Assembly (NCBI GenBank): GCA_022566315.1
Contig: JADFJC010000003.1
Span: forward strand, 6,109-70,108
Direction of reading: 5' to 3'
From: Planctomycetota bacterium
GTDB taxonomy: Bacteria > Planctomycetota > Phycisphaerae > Sedimentisphaerales > Anaerobacaceae
Length of the DNA stretch: 64,000 nt
In this document: piece by piece, positions 61,271-64,000 of the stretch
Numbering within the stretch: the first letter of the stretch is position 1
Layout: each line of letters opens with the position of its first letter
Translations under genes and position numbers: made by a program
The notes under the pieces: model-generated
Told to the model about the DNA's origin: nothing
Databases searched by the model: none
What the model saw: only the letters and a program-made list of their open reading frames with translations

Positions 61271-63457
61271 TTATTGAGTATTATTCTCATCCGAATTTAC
61301 GGAGGTTCGAATCGTTTCCACTTCTTCTTTCACGTTATCCAACAGTTTCTCCCAGTTCATGTAATGCGTGCGGGAAAATAGTTGCGGGCGATACTGGCTG
61401 GTAGCCACGCGAGCATAGGCTTCCCATTCCTTGACGGCATTGCTCAGATGGCGGACGGCACTTGCCTGATGCTCTTTGCGTCTTGGGTCGGCCCGGAAAA
61501 CTGCCAGTTCGGCTGCACCTCGTATCTTGTCGGCGTAGTAACGGCCTAAATAGGCCATAGATTCTATATCCGTCAACGTAGCGGCTAACTCTTTATTAGT
61601 GTCGGAATTTCTTCTCAAGACCTTAACACCATTTAGGGCCTTTTCCGCCAGCCTATCCAGGTTGTCCGACACCTCCATGGGCGTGATACCATCAGACGCT
61701 TCTTCCTTGATGATGGATGACGCATATTCCTGAATCGAGAGGATTCCTGAGCCACGCAGGGGAGGATGCTGGAAAAACTGTTCCACCGACAGGAAGCCTT
61801 GATTGTAGATGCAGCCTTCGGGGGAAAATTGAAAGTCGTTAACTCGGAAGAAGAAACGATTAACCTGGGGGACAATCTGCGATGCGGCCGCCCAGGTATC
61901 GTAAAGTAGTGCAGGTTCAGCCTGCGGGAAGCGATTCTTTAAACGTTTTTCAAAAAAGTCATTGGTTAGGAACAGGTCGTAAGCCAGCCGGCCCCAAAGC
62001 ATAAAACGATACCAGTGCTTACTGATTTCCAGCTCACCTGATAGGTCGGTATCCTTGCTGATGAATTCACGGCCCCAGACAAAACCGTCCGGTCCCATAT
62101 AGAAGCCTGCTTCAAACCGCATCAAGTCACGAGGAACGTTTTGAAGGAATTCGCGTACGTAATCGGCATCTCCCCAGCGAAACACGAAAAGATCATCGTT
62201 ACGAAGGTTCAACCAGCATGGCACCTTGTGCCGCTCCAGATCCTCTCTGTATTCAATATCGAGATAAGGAGACGTGGTTGTCGAATAGAGGCGGGCCCGG
62301 GCGTATTTATGCCCTGTGTTGAAAGGACCATCGAAGTCCTTAAAAGCATCTACGATCTTGCTGAGATTGGCCTGATGCTGACGGAAGATGAAGCGAAGCT
62401 CGCGCTTGGGATTTGCTCGCTTTGCATCCATAACACCTTGACCATAGGTGCGCCAGAGCCATTGCTCGATACCGCCGACGTTCTTAACGCGTTGTCGATC
62501 TACATGCTCGCCGGCGGTGACCCCGATTCCGTCGACCTGGGGATAGGTCTTCAGGAACTCGCCAATGCAATAACGCATGTATTCGATGGTCTTTTCATTG
62601 TCCGGCCTATCGTCGATTCCGTACTTTCCTTTTGCGCCAAAAGTAAAGATATTCCAGTGAAATATATAGACTTCAATCCCCCGGTCATCCGCGAGTTGGA
62701 ACACTTTTTGCCAGAATGCAATCTTTTCATCCAGAGATATCTTTTTGACAACCTTGAAATTATCTCCATCGTACATATCCATCCCGTCCCACTGACGGTT
62801 GCTTGTTGTTGTAACCTCATCCTTGAGGACACAGACGTCGTCGTAACCTATTTCCGGATACTTCTGGAGCTTCAACCAACCCGGATATGGATGTTTAGTC
62901 CAGAGCGTGAGCACATTGTAGCGGTTCCGCGCCAGCGTATCGAGGAACTCTTGCCAGAAATCAAAATCCCACATAACAGGGATATTCTTCTGAGCGGCAG
63001 TACCTGTATCATCATAACTTGGTGAGCGGGCATCCAGCGGAATATTGAATTTCAGACCGCGGCGGAATATATAAGGCTTCCTGGCCTTTTCCGGCACCCC
63101 AAGGAGATCCCCACCCAGCGTAACCATCTCAGCCAGTTCCAGACCTCCATACATAGCGCCTAATGAATCGCCCCCCACAATCCGGATTACATTGTCGCCT
63201 TCTCTGCGAATGCGGAACGCTTGGGGTCCCATACCGGTCCTGAAAATCTCGAAAACGATTTTCAGATCCGCTCGTGTACCTTCTACGGCGTAACCCGCAT
63301 CGGCCAAGGCCCTTTTGATGTCTCCAACGGCAAAGGCAATCCTCGGATCATTTTCGTTGAAAATGATCGCTACTTTCTGTTCGGCGTCGCAATTGTCCCT
63401 CGTAGTCAGAACAATAACGAATACGGCGAGAAATAACAGTGCCATTTTACTTTGCAT
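61271..63457 (-). CDS. Secreted hypothetical protein, possible glycoside hydrolase (GH20b/GH67N-like N-domain + TIM-barrel-like core; tentative)
   Basis: 728 aa with a signal peptide. The N-terminal GGDSLGAMYGGLELAEMV resembles the small alpha/beta N-domains of GH20/GH67/GH115-type enzymes. No catalytic motif was confidently recognised. Confidence 0.45.
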   Translation of the reverse strand: MQSKMALLFLAVFVIVLTTRDNCDAEQKVAIIFNENDPRIAFAVGDIKRALADAGYAVEGTRADLKIVFEIFRTGMGPQAFRIRREGDNVIRIVGGDSLGAMYGGLELAEMVTLGGDLLGVPEKARKPYIFRRGLKFNIPLDARSPSYDDTGTAAQKNIPVMWDFDFWQEFLDTLARNRYNVLTLWTKHPYPGWLKLQKYPEIGYDDVCVLKDEVTTTSNRQWDGMDMYDGDNFKVVKKISLDEKIAFWQKVFQLADDRGIEVYIFHWNIFTFGAKGKYGIDDRPDNEKTIEYMRYCIGEFLKTYPQVDGIGVTAGEHVDRQRVKNVGGIEQWLWRTYGQGVMDAKRANPKRELRFIFRQHQANLSKIVDAFKDFDGPFNTGHKYARARLYSTTTSPYLDIEYREDLERHKVPCWLNLRNDDLFVFRWGDADYVREFLQNVPRDLMRFEAGFYMGPDGFVWGREFISKDTDLSGELEISKHWYRFMLWGRLAYDLFLTNDFFEKRLKNRFPQAEPALLYDTWAAASQIVPQVNRFFFRVNDFQFSPEGCIYNQGFLSVEQFFQHPPLRGSGILSIQEYASSIIKEEASDGITPMEVSDNLDRLAEKALNGVKVLRRNSDTNKELAATLTDIESMAYLGRYYADKIRGAAELAVFRADPRRKEHQASAVRHLSNAVKEWEAYARVATSQYRPQLFSRTHYMNWEKLLDNVKEEVETIRTSVNSDENNTQ

Positions 63458-64000
63458 AAAGCTACCTCCTTAAGTCACAGTGCTCTGTGTTACTTGTGGG
63501 CTTTAATTCTCTGCGTCAACACGTTTTCACCTGACAGAAACTATGTAACCGGGGCCTCCCAAGTCAGCCGCGATACGTGGTTGTTTGATTAAAACCACAA
63601 TAACCTTTATTACAGGAGGCTCTTACGAACAAGTATATTGAATTCGATATAGATAGCAAGAAAACAATAGCGCCTGTCGTGCAAAATGTCTCGGCACGCA
63701 GTTCAAATTAAAATGCGCAAGTTAAAAATAAGTAGCGGATTAAACACGTGAAGGCGCGAATCGTTGAACTGGTCATGGCACATTCTCCTCTTAATGAAAA
63801 CAGCATAGTAAAATCGCTTTTATCCAAGGCAATATTATACAAGGGAAAATGATGATATGTCCACTAATTCACAACTAATCCCAGGGCAAACGCATCTAAA
63901 TTATCGAATTCGAATTCGAGCTATTTTCGTCGATGTTTCCTATGTAAATCCTTTTTTATTTGGAAGACCGGCCCGATTCAAAATTTGGCTTTACTGCTTC

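Noticed and set aside
1-64000. Scan for rRNA, tRNA and CRISPR arrays
   Set aside because: I saw no tRNA-like T-arm or acceptor patterns, no rRNA-like segments and no regularly spaced short direct repeats with unique spacers. The tandem repeats at 52.3-52.7 kb have ~90-110-nt units without spacers, so they are not CRISPR.

Overview
This 64-kb chromosomal window has strongly mosaic base composition, from AT-rich blocks near 30% GC to blocks near 60-65% GC by eye. The gene content (many secreted PQQ-like beta-propellers, LamG and beta-helix proteins, TAT-signal Gfo/Idh/MocA, FGE-sulfatase domain) suggests a PVC-type bacterium such as Planctomycetota/Phycisphaerae, but that is inference only.

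Housekeeping backbone: moaA, pncA-pncB, the glycine cleavage operon gcvT-gcvH-gcvPA-gcvPB behind a sigma70-like promoter and a tandem glycine riboswitch, lepA, a DEAD-box helicase, a THUMP RNA methyltransferase, typA, an MFS transporter and a sulfite-oxidase-family molybdoenzyme.

Accessory content:
1. A porin plus two paralogous octaheme cytochrome c / small outer-membrane barrel modules. The first module is broken by an AT-rich chrB-bearing insertion.
2. A compact operon at 10.16-12.6 kb, which I consider the best candidate for an undescribed system. It encodes an unannotated PqqA-like 46-aa peptide, a PqqD-like RRE, a radical SAM enzyme with a cysteine-poor SPASM-like tail and a MenA-like membrane prenyltransferase.
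3. A beta-helix protein ending in a Hint/bacterial-intein-like domain.
4. Glycoside-hydrolase blocks flanked by direct repeats.
5. A duplicated rlmL-like/typA convergent junction at 50.2-56.6 kb. Its two copies carry different conflict-type cargo: a PIN-like gene in one, and a HEPN gene plus a DprA/SLOG-like + ComF-like PRTase pair in the other. A ~31-nt motif bounds the single-gene cassettes.

Repeats: a 158-bp palindromic MITE family with TWA target duplications (3 full copies and 1 partial), a second MITE-like element (27-bp TIRs, ATACAG duplication), a 7-nt-periodic palindromic element that sits in frame inside gcvT, and ~90-nt tandem repeats.

I recognised no rRNA, tRNA or CRISPR array. 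All family assignments rest on motif recognition by eye, with no searches run.
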